A stretch of 64,000 bases of DNA from Phycisphaerales bacterium. GTDB lineage: Bacteria; Planctomycetota; Phycisphaerae; UBA1845; Fen-1342. Below are positions 44,330 to 56,166 of this stretch, piece by piece. The notes under the pieces are model-generated. The model did no database searches. It was not told the DNA's origin and was given only the letters and a program-made list of their open reading frames with translations. Made by a program: the position numbers and the translations under genes. Location: assembly GCA_016710275.1 (NCBI GenBank), contig JADJXS010000001.1, forward strand, positions 2,015,449 through 2,079,448, given 5' to 3'. Each line of letters starts with the position of its first letter. The first letter of the stretch is position 1.

Positions 44330-44929
44330 ATGAGCGAAGCGAGACAAAACGGACTGCGGGCCGTCGCTCTTCAATTTCGACAATCTTTCTCAGCCGGAGT
44401 GCTGAGTGCGATCGGGCTGTTGGCGTGGGTCGGCTGCGCCCCGGCTGGTCCGCAACTCGTGCAGGTTGTTCCCGATCCGCCGCATGCAATGGAGTTCGTG
44501 CACCAGGCCAAGACGGTGTACGAACTGCGGCCGGCGGGAGCAGCGATTCGGGTGTGGTGGCGGACGGTTGCTGATGAGGGGGTGGTTGAACACCCGGCCG
44601 TCGTGGTCCGGGCCGGAGAGCGCGGACGCTTCGACGCGTTCCTGACTTCGTGTGAAGCGCGGCGTTTCTTCCGCGGCCCGCTTCGCGCGGCGATCGTGTA
44701 CGACGGTCAGCGCAACGGGTTTGAGTTGGCGCGCGGAGAGGAACTGTTGCACGCCGGAACGGTGCGGCCGGTGCATGCGCTGCAGCCGGGGCGCGCGGTG
44801 ATCCTGCAGCAGGCGCGGTATTTTCTGCCGGGAAATCCGCATTTTGCCGGCGGGTTGGGGCGGGCGGCGCCGTCGCCGCAGGTACCGGCCGACATCGTCG
44901 TGGAATTGTGGGCGATGCTGATCGAGTGA
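44330..44929 (+). CDS. Hypothetical lipoprotein
   Basis: ATG 44330 gives the signal/lipobox [16 protein letters not shown]. No domain is recognised. Confidence 0.45.
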   Translation: MSEARQNGLRAVALQFRQSFSAGVLSAIGLLAWVGCAPAGPQLVQVVPDPPHAMEFVHQAKTVYELRPAGAAIRVWWRTVADEGVVEHPAVVVRAGERGRFDAFLTSCEARRFFRGPLRAAIVYDGQRNGFELARGEELLHAGTVRPVHALQPGRAVILQQARYFLPGNPHFAGGLGRAAPSPQVPADIVVELWAMLIE

Positions 44930-44991
44930 TTCGGGTGGCGTCCCGCTTCGCGCGACGCGCAGCGGGCGTATTGAGCAAGGTGTGGCAGACG

Positions 44992-46842
<1,851 letters not shown>

Positions 46843-47279
46843 CGGGAACGGTAAGCGAAGTCGGGGTTTCCGAGATGAAACGAAATCGGCCCCGCCCCGG
46901 GAGAAAGGGCGCGGCCGACTGCCGCCCGAATAGCGCTTCCAAACGCCATCGATTGCTTCTTGCCCCTCGGAAAGCACCAGCGCGAACCACTTTCCGAGTG
47001 CGGCATTCAGAGGGGCAATTGCCGTTCCAATCGGGTGCGGTTTCCGCGTCGTGAATTTCGGGGCGGTAAGCTGCTTCGGAAAATGGGGTTAGGGCGTCAA
47101 GCCATATGGCTGTGAATTTGGAAAAACTTGAAGATGTTGCGTCCGTGCAACATGGCCGCGGTTCAAGCGGCTGTTCATCTGATAAGCACTGTATCCACAG
47201 CGGGTTGCGGGCGTGTTGACGCCAGTGAACATGATCAGCGGAGCGCGCTCTGACGCACCACCGTCAGCCTGGTCGCGCC

Positions 47280-48350
47280 TCACTCGAATCGGCCTCCAAA
47301 ACGCTCGCCGACCTGCGTCGTCAAGTCGCGGATGAGCTGTTCATCCTCGCGGCGGCAGATCAGCGTTGCATCGGGGGTCTGCACGACGATCAGCCCCGAG
47401 ACGCCGAGCGTTGCGACCAGGTGCCCCGTTTCGCTCACGACAATGTTGTTGCCGCCGTTGATCGACAGCCCCACCGCCCCGATGCACACGTTGCCGGCGC
47501 CGTCCGGCGCATGCTGCGACGCAATCGCCCCCCAGGAGCCGACGTCCAGCCAGCGGCAGCTCATTTCGACGATCAGCACGTCCGCCGCCCGCTCCATGAC
47601 ACCGAAATCGATGGAAATCTTGCGCAGTCCGCCGAACGCGGCCGTGAGTTCCTCCGTTCCATTCACCGCGCTCCAGCGGCGGGCCAGGTCGCGCAGCGTC
47701 GCGAAGTTTTCCGGCAGGTGCGCGCCCAGTTCCGCCAGGATCGCCCCCACACGCCAGGCGAACATGCCGCTGTTCCACAGGTACTCGCCGCCGGCGAGGT
47801 ACTGCTGCGCGACTTCCAGCGTCGGCTTTTCGCGAAACCCCGCGCAGCGCCGCACACCCGGCGAAACACCCGGCCCCATCCGCACATACCCGTAGCCGGT
47901 GTGCGGGGCCGTCGGCGTCACGCCGAAGGTGACCAGGCTGTTGGGGTGCGCTTCGGCCGCGGCCAACCCCGATCGCAGCGCCGACTCGAACGCATCCTGC
48001 GGCGTAAGGATGTGGTCGGCCGTGAAGACGGCCATGGTCGCATCCGGGTCGCGCTCAGCGATCAATGCCGCAGCCAGCCCGACGGCGTTGGCGGTGTCGC
48101 GCCCCATCGGCTCGCCGATCAGGTTTTCGCGCGGCAGGTCGGGCAGCTCGGCGGCGACAAGATCGACGTAGGCGGCAGAGGTAATCACCCACGTCTGAGC
48201 GGGATCAAAGCAGCGCTGCAGTCTGCGCCGCGCGAGCTGCAGCAGCGACGCGCCTTCGAAGAGCCGCATGAACTGCTTGGGGCGGTTGCGCCGGCTCAGC
48301 GGCCAGAGGCGCGTGCCGGCGCCGCCGGCCATGATGACGGCATGTCGCAT
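47280..48350 (-). CDS. Mannose-1-phosphate guanylyltransferase (nucleotidyltransferase domain only)
   Basis: N-terminal MRHAVIMAGGAGTRLWPLSRRNRPKQF, then GEPMGRDTANAV and VFTADH. Confidence 0.8.
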   Translation of the reverse strand: MRHAVIMAGGAGTRLWPLSRRNRPKQFMRLFEGASLLQLARRRLQRCFDPAQTWVITSAAYVDLVAAELPDLPRENLIGEPMGRDTANAVGLAAALIAERDPDATMAVFTADHILTPQDAFESALRSGLAAAEAHPNSLVTFGVTPTAPHTGYGYVRMGPGVSPGVRRCAGFREKPTLEVAQQYLAGGEYLWNSGMFAWRVGAILAELGAHLPENFATLRDLARRWSAVNGTEELTAAFGGLRKISIDFGVMERAADVLIVEMSCRWLDVGSWGAIASQHAPDGAGNVCIGAVGLSINGGNNIVVSETGHLVATLGVSGLIVVQTPDATLICRREDEQLIRDLTTQVGERFGGRFE

Positions 48351-48354
48351 TCGA

Positions 48355-49773
48355 TTAGACCTCGTGGCTTCCGCGCTTCTTCATCGCCGCCTGCAGCTCG
48401 CGGGCCTGCGTTTCGAAGCCGCGCCGCCCCAGCAGGGCGTAGGTCATGTCCTTGCCGAGCTGCACGGCCGGCTGGTCGTAGGGGTTCACGTGGAGCAGGC
48501 GGCCGGCGATGGTGGTTGCCGCTTCCCACAACATGAGGAACTGGCCCACGGTGTGCTCGTCCACGCGCGGAAAGCGGATGGTCAGGCACGGCCGCTCGTT
48601 GGCGGTCAGGGCGAATTCGGTCGCTTGCTTCTCGGCGTTGAGCAGCTTTCCGAGCGTGCCGCCTTGCAGATAGGCCAGCTCGGCGGGGGTGCCGGCAGCG
48701 CGGGGGATTTTCACGTCGCGCGCGAAGCGCTCCACCTCCAGGAAGATGAACACCTTGTCGTTCGGGCCGTCGCGATAGAGCTGCACCTGCGAATGCTGGT
48801 CGGTGGCGCCCAGCGCCCGGATCGGCGTCGGCCCGGTCATGACCGTTCGCCCGCTGAGGTCATCGCGCTTGCCGAGACTCTCGGCCCAGAGCTGCCGATA
48901 CCAGTCCGCCAGGTCGCGGAGCTGCTGGCTGTAAGGCATCATGACGTGCAGCCGCTTTCCACGGGCGTAGAAGCCCATTAGCAGCAGCGCCAGCATCGCC
49001 GCGGGGTTTTTCCGGGGATCGGGCTGTTCGGCGCGACGGCTCATCGCCGCGGCGCCCGAGAGCAGCTTCCTGACATCGATTCCGCACATCGCCGCCGAGA
49101 ACAGCCCGACCGCGGATAGCACCGAGAAGCGACCGCCGACGCCGTCGGGCACGGGCAGGTCGGCGTATTTCTCGCGCGTGACGACGTCTCGGAGGATGCC
49201 GCCGGCGGGATCAGTGGTCACCACCAGGCGCTTCGCCAATCCGGCCTTGCCGAGGCGGCGGGTCAGCAGGTCACGAATGATCAGAAACTGTGCGGCGGTT
49301 TCGGCGGTTTCGCCCGACTTGCTGATCACGTTGAAGACGGTCTTCTTCAGCGACGGCGCGAGGTAGTCGAGCATCGCGCTGATCTGCGTCGGATCCACGT
49401 TGTCCAGCACGAACAGGCGCGGGCCGCGGCGCCTGGCCGTCGGCAGCAGGTTATGCGTCCACGGGTTCAGGGCCGTCTGCAGGGCCGTGTTCCCGAGCGC
49501 CGAGCCGCCGATTCCGAGCACGACGAGGTTCTCCGCACCGGGTCGGAACCGCCGCACCGCGGCGCGCACCTGCGCGACCATCTTCGCGTCCTTCAGAAGA
49601 TCGCGGTAACGGTGCAGGCCACGAGCGCGCTCCGATTCGATTTCGGCAACGGCGCTCTTCACGCGTCCGGATTCGGCGTCGATCTCCGCGGGCGACATGC
49701 CGTGCGTTGCTCCGACGGCGTTGTCGAGTGCTCCGCTGTAGTCCAGTTTCAGGTCGGCGGTCGGCATCGTCAT
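48355..49773 (-). CDS. pgi: Glucose-6-phosphate isomerase
   Basis: Contains VVLGIGGSALGNTAL, ISKSGETAET, GGRFSVLSAVGL and DQHSQVQL, which are PGI signatures. Confidence 0.9.
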   Translation of the reverse strand: MTMPTADLKLDYSGALDNAVGATHGMSPAEIDAESGRVKSAVAEIESERARGLHRYRDLLKDAKMVAQVRAAVRRFRPGAENLVVLGIGGSALGNTALQTALNPWTHNLLPTARRRGPRLFVLDNVDPTQISAMLDYLAPSLKKTVFNVISKSGETAETAAQFLIIRDLLTRRLGKAGLAKRLVVTTDPAGGILRDVVTREKYADLPVPDGVGGRFSVLSAVGLFSAAMCGIDVRKLLSGAAAMSRRAEQPDPRKNPAAMLALLLMGFYARGKRLHVMMPYSQQLRDLADWYRQLWAESLGKRDDLSGRTVMTGPTPIRALGATDQHSQVQLYRDGPNDKVFIFLEVERFARDVKIPRAAGTPAELAYLQGGTLGKLLNAEKQATEFALTANERPCLTIRFPRVDEHTVGQFLMLWEAATTIAGRLLHVNPYDQPAVQLGKDMTYALLGRRGFETQARELQAAMKKRGSHEV

Positions 49774-49876
49774 TCCTCGATTGCTGCGGGCGCCCGATTC
49801 AACCAGCGGGCGCGGGATTCACGCAGCGGGGCGGAAGGATAGCGAACTCGTGCCCGCGCTGCACGCCGGAGGGCTG

Positions 49877-51346
49877 TCAGGGGCGGATTGCCTCCGACGT
49901 CGCGGCCGCACCACCGGCTTCCCCCGATGGACGGGTGACGGACTCGGGCGCTTCGCCGCCATCTGCTCCGGCGCTCTCCGCGCCGCTCGGCTTGAGATCC
50001 AGCAGCAGCTCCCAGGTTCGCTTGCGGAACGCACCCTCGACCCGTCGGCCGTCGAGGAAGACGGCCGGCGGCGCGGTCACACCGAGCCGGGCGGCGGTCG
50101 CGGCGTCGTCGCGGACCAGCGCCAGCGTCGCCTCTTCGCGCAAGGCGGCATCGAACGTGTCGCCGGGAACGTTCAGCGCCACGGCCCACTCGCGCAGCGC
50201 GGCCGGCGTGACGCGCATCTGGTTTTCGAAAATCCGCCGCGCGAATTCGTGCGCCGACTGCGGCGACACTTTCCGCACCGCTTCATGAGCCCGAGCAGCG
50301 TCGCAGGCGGCGGGATGGCGCGGCGCGGATATCGCCGGATTGCACGCATCGAGCGGGTAATGACGCAGATCGAGCGAAAAAAGCGCCGGATGCGCCCGGC
50401 TGATGTCGTCGAGGATGGCGTGCAGATCGCGGCAATGAGGGCACAGAAAGTCGGAAAACACGACAATCCGCCGCACGCCCGGCAAATCGGCGGCGGGGGC
50501 GGTTGAGCCGGTGGTGTCGGCCGGCGCGCGGGGCGGGATCGTCACGGACGGGGCGCGATCGTAGCGCCAGCGAATGAACTCGGCATCCAGCACGAGGCGG
50601 CGATACAGCACACTTTCGCCGAGCGCGGTCGAAGTCGCGCCCAGGAAGACCGCCCCCATCAGCACGGCCGCGAGCATCGCGGCTCCGCAGAGAGCGTGGG
50701 CGATTGCCGGCCGCGGGAGAGAGCCGGGGGTCGGGCGCCAGGGGAGCGTCAGCAGTCCGAGCAATACCAGCAGGACGTTGATGACATGAACCAGTGCGCA
50801 TCCGCGGCAGACGCCGAGCGAGAGCATCTGTTGAAAGAGGATCAGCGAGATCAACAGTCCAAGGGCCAGCAGGGCGATGATCGGAATCTGCGTCAGCACG
50901 CGCCCGCGCGTGGCGGGGCCGACCAGCGCGAACCACAGCAGCACGGCGATGAAATAGCCCAGGCCCAGCAGCGTCCACGGCGCTCGAAGGGCCGGCTCGC
51001 CGTCGGGGGCGCGCCCCAGGACGGCCACGGCATGCTCGCTGGTCAGAAGCCCGGCGCAGCCGCGCTGGCCGGCGCAAACGGCTCCCAGCAGCGGATTGAC
51101 GTTGGTCGCACCCCCCGCGATGCGAACGAGATCGACGCAGGTCCACGCCCCCAGCAGCGCTGCCGCGACCGCCAGCCAGCGCGCCGCCTGTTGCAGCAGC
51201 GTCGGTCGGCGGAAGTCCGGCTGCGCCTGTCGTGGGTCGGGCCTGGCGGCCACGACCGCGGCGGGCGTCGCCGCGACCGGTGCGGCTGCGTGCGAGGCAT
51301 TCGATGTTCCGGGTGGGAGGGCGCTTTGTGGGGCTTCGGAGTGCAT
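49877..51346 (-). CDS. VKOR-like membrane domain fused to a DsbA/thioredoxin-fold domain
   Basis: ATG 51346 (MHSEAP...). Multiple transmembrane helices carry Cys pairs (CAGQRGC; CRGC), followed by a periplasmic thioredoxin-fold domain with the FLCPHC active site. Confidence 0.7.
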   Translation of the reverse strand: MHSEAPQSALPPGTSNASHAAAPVAATPAAVVAARPDPRQAQPDFRRPTLLQQAARWLAVAAALLGAWTCVDLVRIAGGATNVNPLLGAVCAGQRGCAGLLTSEHAVAVLGRAPDGEPALRAPWTLLGLGYFIAVLLWFALVGPATRGRVLTQIPIIALLALGLLISLILFQQMLSLGVCRGCALVHVINVLLVLLGLLTLPWRPTPGSLPRPAIAHALCGAAMLAAVLMGAVFLGATSTALGESVLYRRLVLDAEFIRWRYDRAPSVTIPPRAPADTTGSTAPAADLPGVRRIVVFSDFLCPHCRDLHAILDDISRAHPALFSLDLRHYPLDACNPAISAPRHPAACDAARAHEAVRKVSPQSAHEFARRIFENQMRVTPAALREWAVALNVPGDTFDAALREEATLALVRDDAATAARLGVTAPPAVFLDGRRVEGAFRKRTWELLLDLKPSGAESAGADGGEAPESVTRPSGEAGGAAATSEAIRP

Positions 51347-51464
51347 GGGGGCGGATCCTCGGTTCGTCGGGCGGGCGACCGGTCGATCGCCGCTGAATCC
51401 TAACCGCCGCGAAGCGCCAACGGCGAGAGGCACTGCTTGACGGCGGCCGCCGCGCCCGGGGAGG

Positions 51465-52091
51465 ATGCGAGCCGCGGATGGAGCCGCGCGGGGGACGTGC
51501 GGCGCGTCCGCGATTTGTGCGGGAGCGGGCGTGCGATTCTCGAATTCAACCAGCCTGTCCAGCGAGCGCTTGTATCGCACTTTCCTTGTGCACACCGAGC
51601 CTTATGATCATTCGGCGCTGACGGTGCGCGTGCGGTACAGCCGCAGCGCCGAATTCTCGGGGGCGTGCTACTACCGCGATGCGCGCGTGTTCATCAACCT
51701 CGGGCGGACGAATCGCTACCCGTATCAGTTGGGGACGCACGTCGCCCGGTCGCAGAGCAACCGCACCCATTGGTGGCGCGAGCTGTACCGCCTGACGCTG
51801 GCGGACGCCTATCAACTGGCGCTGTTTGTCTACCTGCACGAGCTGTATCACTACCTCGTCAGCCGCGCCGGGCGCGGTGTGCGTCGCAAGGAGGCGATGT
51901 GCGATCGGTTCGCGGCGCGGGTGCTGGTGGATGCTTTCGGCTGTCCTATCCGCGATTCAAACGGGAATGCCGTGCCGCGTGAGTCCTGGGACTTTCAGGA
52001 CCTGCACGCTTTTGTCGCGGGTGCTCCGCGAATCGCCCCGCGAGCGCGCGCGGCGCGGATTCCGGTCACGATTCGGGGAGTGGCCACCTGA
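51465..52091 (+). CDS. Hypothetical protein with HExxH motif (LHELYHYLV); start uncertain
   Basis: 208-aa ORF divergent from the VKOR-DsbA gene. The HExxH motif sits in a helical context, so it is possibly an SprT/WLM-like metallopeptidase. Not demonstrable from sequence alone. Confidence 0.4.
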   Translation: MRAADGAARGTCGASAICAGAGVRFSNSTSLSSERLYRTFLVHTEPYDHSALTVRVRYSRSAEFSGACYYRDARVFINLGRTNRYPYQLGTHVARSQSNRTHWWRELYRLTLADAYQLALFVYLHELYHYLVSRAGRGVRRKEAMCDRFAARVLVDAFGCPIRDSNGNAVPRESWDFQDLHAFVAGAPRIAPRARAARIPVTIRGVAT

Positions 52092-52226
52092 TTGTGGATA
52101 GCGGGCCTGCGGCAATCCCGACTTGTGTTGAAGGCACCCAACCCGCCGATTCTTGTGGCACACGCAAGATGCGTGCCCCACGAGGCCGCTGCCGCGACTG
52201 CTCATCGGAGCAAGAGTGATCCCGCC

Positions 52227-53105
52227 CTAACGCGCAAGAGGCGCCAGCGCTCCGCCCAGCAGCACGTCGTTCATGCTGCCGCTGCGAAACCCGCGCAGAT
52301 CGAGCGTCACGTAGCGATAGCCCAGTTCGCGCAGCCGCCCATCCACCTGCGTGCGAAGCGCGGCGTCCGCGAAGCGGGGCAGCTCATGGGCGGGAATCTC
52401 GATCCGTGCCACGTCGCCATGATGACGGACGCGCAGTTCCCGAAACCCCAGCCCGCGCAAGAATGTCTCCGCCGCGTCGATCCGCCGCAGCTTCTCGACC
52501 GTGATTTCCTCGCCGTACTGCACGCGCGAGGAGAGGCACGGCGAGGCCGGCTTATCGTGGACGGGAACCCCGATCGCCGCCGCGATGCGCCGCAGATCAG
52601 ATTTCGAGATGCCGCACTCGGCCAGCGGGGCGTGCACGCCATGCTCGCGCGCCGCATGCAGCCCGGGCCGGTGATCGCCGAGGTCGTCGGCATTGACGCC
52701 GTTGATGACCGCGGCCAGCCCATGGCGGGCGCGCAGCGGCTCGAGGCGGCCGTACAGCTCGGTCTTGCAGTAGTAGCAGCGATTGGTCGGATTGGCGAGG
52801 TACCGCGAGTCCGCGAACTCGGCGGTGTCGAGGTATTCGTGTCGCGCGCCGAGCGCTTCGGCCAGCGGTGCCGCCGCGTCGAGTTCAGCGGCCGGCACAC
52901 TAGGGCTGCGCCCGGTCACGGCCAGCACCCGCTCCGACCCCAGCGTCAGCACGGCAACGCGCAACATGCACGCCGAGTCCACCCCGCCGGAAAACGCCAC
53001 CAGCACCGAACCCAGCGCCCGCAATCGCTCGCAGAGCGCTTCCCAGCGCGGGCGCAGCTCCGGCGGCAGGTCGACGACCAATGCGTTGTCGGTCGGCCCT
53101 TTCAT
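52227..53105 (-). CDS. larE: PP-loop ATP pyrophosphatase, LarE-type sacrificial sulfur transferase family
   Basis: The PP-loop is VAFSGGVDSACML. It also has NRCYYCK and the Cys-containing SPCLSSR motif, and a C-terminal GFRELRVRHHGDVARIE. Confidence 0.75.
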   Translation of the reverse strand: MKGPTDNALVVDLPPELRPRWEALCERLRALGSVLVAFSGGVDSACMLRVAVLTLGSERVLAVTGRSPSVPAAELDAAAPLAEALGARHEYLDTAEFADSRYLANPTNRCYYCKTELYGRLEPLRARHGLAAVINGVNADDLGDHRPGLHAAREHGVHAPLAECGISKSDLRRIAAAIGVPVHDKPASPCLSSRVQYGEEITVEKLRRIDAAETFLRGLGFRELRVRHHGDVARIEIPAHELPRFADAALRTQVDGRLRELGYRYVTLDLRGFRSGSMNDVLLGGALAPLAR

Positions 53106-53134
53106 GTCGGCGATAGCTCGGTTGTGCCGCGGGC

Positions 53135-54055
53135 CTATGGTTTCGACGCGTAGATCTCCATGATCTTGCGGAGCATGGCCAATGCGTCCTTGCGCGGCCG
53201 CTGGAATGCATTGCGGCCGATGATCGAGCCGAAGCCGCCGCCGGCGTGGATGCCGCGGGTTTCCTCGCAGACGGCCGCTTCATCCTTCGCAGCGCCGCCG
53301 GAGAAAATCACAATGCGCCGTCCGTCAAACGTGCTCTGCACGACGTGGCGGATGCGCTCGGAGAGCGTCTTGATCGGGATCTGGTGCTTCTCGTAGACCT
53401 TCTTGGCCTCGGCCTGCTCGACGTGATCGGTCGGCGGCTTGACCTTGATGATGTGCGCGCCGAGCTGCGCGGCGATCTGCGCCGCATAGCAGCAGACGTC
53501 GATGCCGGTCTCGCCCTCCTTGCTCAGCCCCTCACCGCGCGGATAGCTCCAGACCACCACCACCAGGCCGACGCTCTTGGCCTCCTCGGCCAGCGCGTTG
53601 AGCTGTTCATACTGGCCCTGCGCATTGGCGGAGCCGGGGTAGATCGTGAAGCCGATCGCGGCGCAGCCCAGCCGCAGGGCGTGTTCGATCGAAGCCGTGA
53701 TCGCCTGGCTGGGGTTTTTTGTGTTGTAGAGCGATTCGTTGTTGTTGAGCTTCAGGATGAGGGGAATCTCGCCCGCGAAGGTGCGCGCTCCGGCCTCCAG
53801 GGAGCCAAGCGGCGCCGCATAGGCGTTGCAGCCGGATTCAATCGCCAGCTCGAAGTGATAGTGCGGGTTGTAGCCCAGCGGGTTGGGGGCGAAGCTGCGC
53901 GCCGGGCCGTGCTCAAAGCCCTGGTCCACCGGCAGGATCACGAACTTGCCGGTGTCGCGAAGTGTGCCCGTGCCGATGATGCGGCGGAGGTTTGCGAGCA
54001 CGCCGGCGTTGTCCGCCTCATACCAGCTCAGAATCTGTCGCACGCGGTCGTTCAT
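53135..54055 (-). CDS. fbaB: Class I fructose-bisphosphate aldolase (FbaB/DhnA type)
   Basis: Contains GTGKFVILPVDQGFEHGP, ILKLNN, IIKVKPP (Schiff-base Lys region) and FSGGAAK. ATG 54055 (MNDRVRQIL). Confidence 0.85.
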   Translation of the reverse strand: MNDRVRQILSWYEADNAGVLANLRRIIGTGTLRDTGKFVILPVDQGFEHGPARSFAPNPLGYNPHYHFELAIESGCNAYAAPLGSLEAGARTFAGEIPLILKLNNNESLYNTKNPSQAITASIEHALRLGCAAIGFTIYPGSANAQGQYEQLNALAEEAKSVGLVVVVWSYPRGEGLSKEGETGIDVCCYAAQIAAQLGAHIIKVKPPTDHVEQAEAKKVYEKHQIPIKTLSERIRHVVQSTFDGRRIVIFSGGAAKDEAAVCEETRGIHAGGGFGSIIGRNAFQRPRKDALAMLRKIMEIYASKP

Positions 54056-54154
54056 GATCGAGGTCTCCGAGGAAGCGCGGCGGACCACGGCGGCATGCGC
54101 CGATCCGCGTCCTGAACCGCTCCTTAGTGTATCGGCCCTTCCGCGGGCGTAAAG

Positions 54155-55093
54155 TTACGGCTGAGGCGGCAGAAGGCCGCATTCGGCGAGGAATTCGCAC
54201 ATTTCGCGCCACTCCGGCTCATAATCGTCATGTCCGGCCTCGCGGACGATCAGCCGGGCGCCGCCGGCCAGCGCCTGAAGCCGCCGGGCGTGTGAAATGG
54301 GGATCAGCGGGTCGCGCCGCCCGTGCGTCAGCAGCAGGGGGCATTGACGCCGGGCGACCACGTCGTCCGTCCGGAAGGGGTGTCGGCACAGCCAGCCGGG
54401 TGCTGCGAATCGCCACGCCACGTCCACCATGCTCGTGAATGAGCTTTCCAGGATCAGTGCGGCCGGCGCGTGCCGATCGGCGAGCTGTGCCGCGACGGCT
54501 CCGCCGATCGACAGGCCGTGATAGATCAGGCGCTGTGCCTCGACCTCCGGCCGGGCCGCCAGCCACGCCCGGCAGGCGACGGCGTCGGCGGTGAGCGCGG
54601 CTTGCGATGGGCGGCCGGCAACGCCCCCGTAGCCGCGATACTCCATCAGCAGCGCGGAAATCCCGGCCCCGGCATAGTGCTGTGCGACGATCCAGCGGTC
54701 CTGGATGAGATCGAGATTGCCGTGAAAGAAGAGCACGGCGGGGCCGGGTGATTCCGCACTGCGGCCGCGACCGGCAATGTACCAGGCTTCGATTCGGGCG
54801 CCGTCGGATGAAGTGATCCACACCTGCGTCGCGTCGGGGGCGATGGGGCGATTCGGCTCGCCGCTGCGCCAGGTCGCACCGGGGAAGATCGCCCGTTCCT
54901 GAAAGACGTACATTCCCGCGACGTACAGGGCGTAAAGCGTCGCGAGCAGCACAAGCATCTTGAAGCAGCGGCGCGGCAGCGGTAGCGACCACATGCGGGC
55001 AGCGTACCCGCGCAACCCGCCCCGCGCAACGATTGGATCGTTCGGTTCGGTGGGAGACTTGCGGTCGGTCGGCGGCGTCGCGTCAGTCGGCAT
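54155..55093 (-). CDS. Alpha/beta hydrolase (membrane-anchored); start uncertain
   Basis: Transmembrane helix MLVLLATLYALYVAGMYVF, nucleophile elbow HGLSIGG, and downstream D and H candidates (HGRRDPLIP; GHDD). Alternative starts are 55117 (TTG) and 54994. Confidence 0.65.
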   Translation of the reverse strand: MPTDATPPTDRKSPTEPNDPIVARGGLRGYAARMWSLPLPRRCFKMLVLLATLYALYVAGMYVFQERAIFPGATWRSGEPNRPIAPDATQVWITSSDGARIEAWYIAGRGRSAESPGPAVLFFHGNLDLIQDRWIVAQHYAGAGISALLMEYRGYGGVAGRPSQAALTADAVACRAWLAARPEVEAQRLIYHGLSIGGAVAAQLADRHAPAALILESSFTSMVDVAWRFAAPGWLCRHPFRTDDVVARRQCPLLLTHGRRDPLIPISHARRLQALAGGARLIVREAGHDDYEPEWREMCEFLAECGLLPPQP

Positions 55094-55446
55094 CGTGCGG
55101 AGTATAGGAGCGCGCAACGGGTGCTCGGGGGGCGTCGGCCTCTGGCGGCCTGCGCCGGCGTGTCAGGATCGCGTGAAATTGTGCCGCTATGTGGGGGAAT
55201 GCAACAGGCGGCGCGAAGATTGCGCAAGGCGCAACAGAGAGGGGTTTTCGCAACCGGACTGCACGCCTAGGTTCGCCGCCGCCTGTGATCCGGCGCGCTC
55301 CTGATTGTCGCACCTGCGGCGATTGGGCGGCGGCCGACGGCCCGTCTTGAGGAGCGGGCGGTCGATCCGCGGCGTGTGGCCGCGGCGCGGGGTGCACGGG
55401 CGCAAGCTGCACCCGCGCTGCGCGGGGGCGGAGAGGAGGAGCTTCG

Positions 55447-56166
55447 ATGAAGTTGTGGAACAGGGCGGCGGCATGGCTCGCCGCGGGCGGCGCGGTTGCG
55501 ATGGCCGGGGCCAACATCCGGATCAACGAAATCCGGACGGACAACCCGGGCGGCGACATCAATGAGTACTTCGAGCTGTGGGGCGCGCCGGGCGCTTCGC
55601 TCGACGGCCTGACCTACATCGTCCTCGGCGACGGTGCGGGCGGGTCGGGCGTGGTCGAGAACGTGACGCCGCTCACCGGCCTTTCGATTCCGGCGGATGG
55701 GTACTTCCTGGCGGCGGAGGCGACGCTGCTCATCAACCCGTCGCAGATTGACCTGACGCTCTCGGCGTCGGCGCTGAACTTCGAGAATGACGACAACTAC
55801 ACGCACATGCTGGTGCGCGGCTTCAGCGGCGTGCTGAACCTCGACCTCGACACCAACGACGACGGCATTCTCGACAGCACCCCCTGGACGGAAATCCTCG
55901 ACGTGGTCGCCTTCATCGGCGAGGGTGCGGATCAGATCTACACGTCGACGACCGTCGGCCCGGACCCGATCAAAGGCTCGCCGTGGCACCTGTGGCGGCT
56001 GCCCAACGGCATCGGCGGCTGGAACTTCGATTCGCTGGACAACGGCACGCCGACCGCGACGACCGACCTGGCGAACTACGCGACGGACACGCCGGGCGTG
56101 GCCAACCCCGAGCCGGCGTCGCTGGCGCTGTTCGGCGTGGCGCTGCTGGTGATGCGCCGGCGCTGA
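55447..56166 (+). CDS. Lamin-tail-domain (LTD) protein with C-terminal PEP-CTERM sorting signal
   Basis: RBS GGAGAGGAGGAG and a signal peptide. The LTD-like part is IRINEIRTDNPGGDINEYFELWG. The C-terminal NPEPASLALFGVALLVMRRR is PEP + transmembrane helix + basic tail. Confidence 0.75.
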   Translation: MKLWNRAAAWLAAGGAVAMAGANIRINEIRTDNPGGDINEYFELWGAPGASLDGLTYIVLGDGAGGSGVVENVTPLTGLSIPADGYFLAAEATLLINPSQIDLTLSASALNFENDDNYTHMLVRGFSGVLNLDLDTNDDGILDSTPWTEILDVVAFIGEGADQIYTSTTVGPDPIKGSPWHLWRLPNGIGGWNFDSLDNGTPTATTDLANYATDTPGVANPEPASLALFGVALLVMRRR

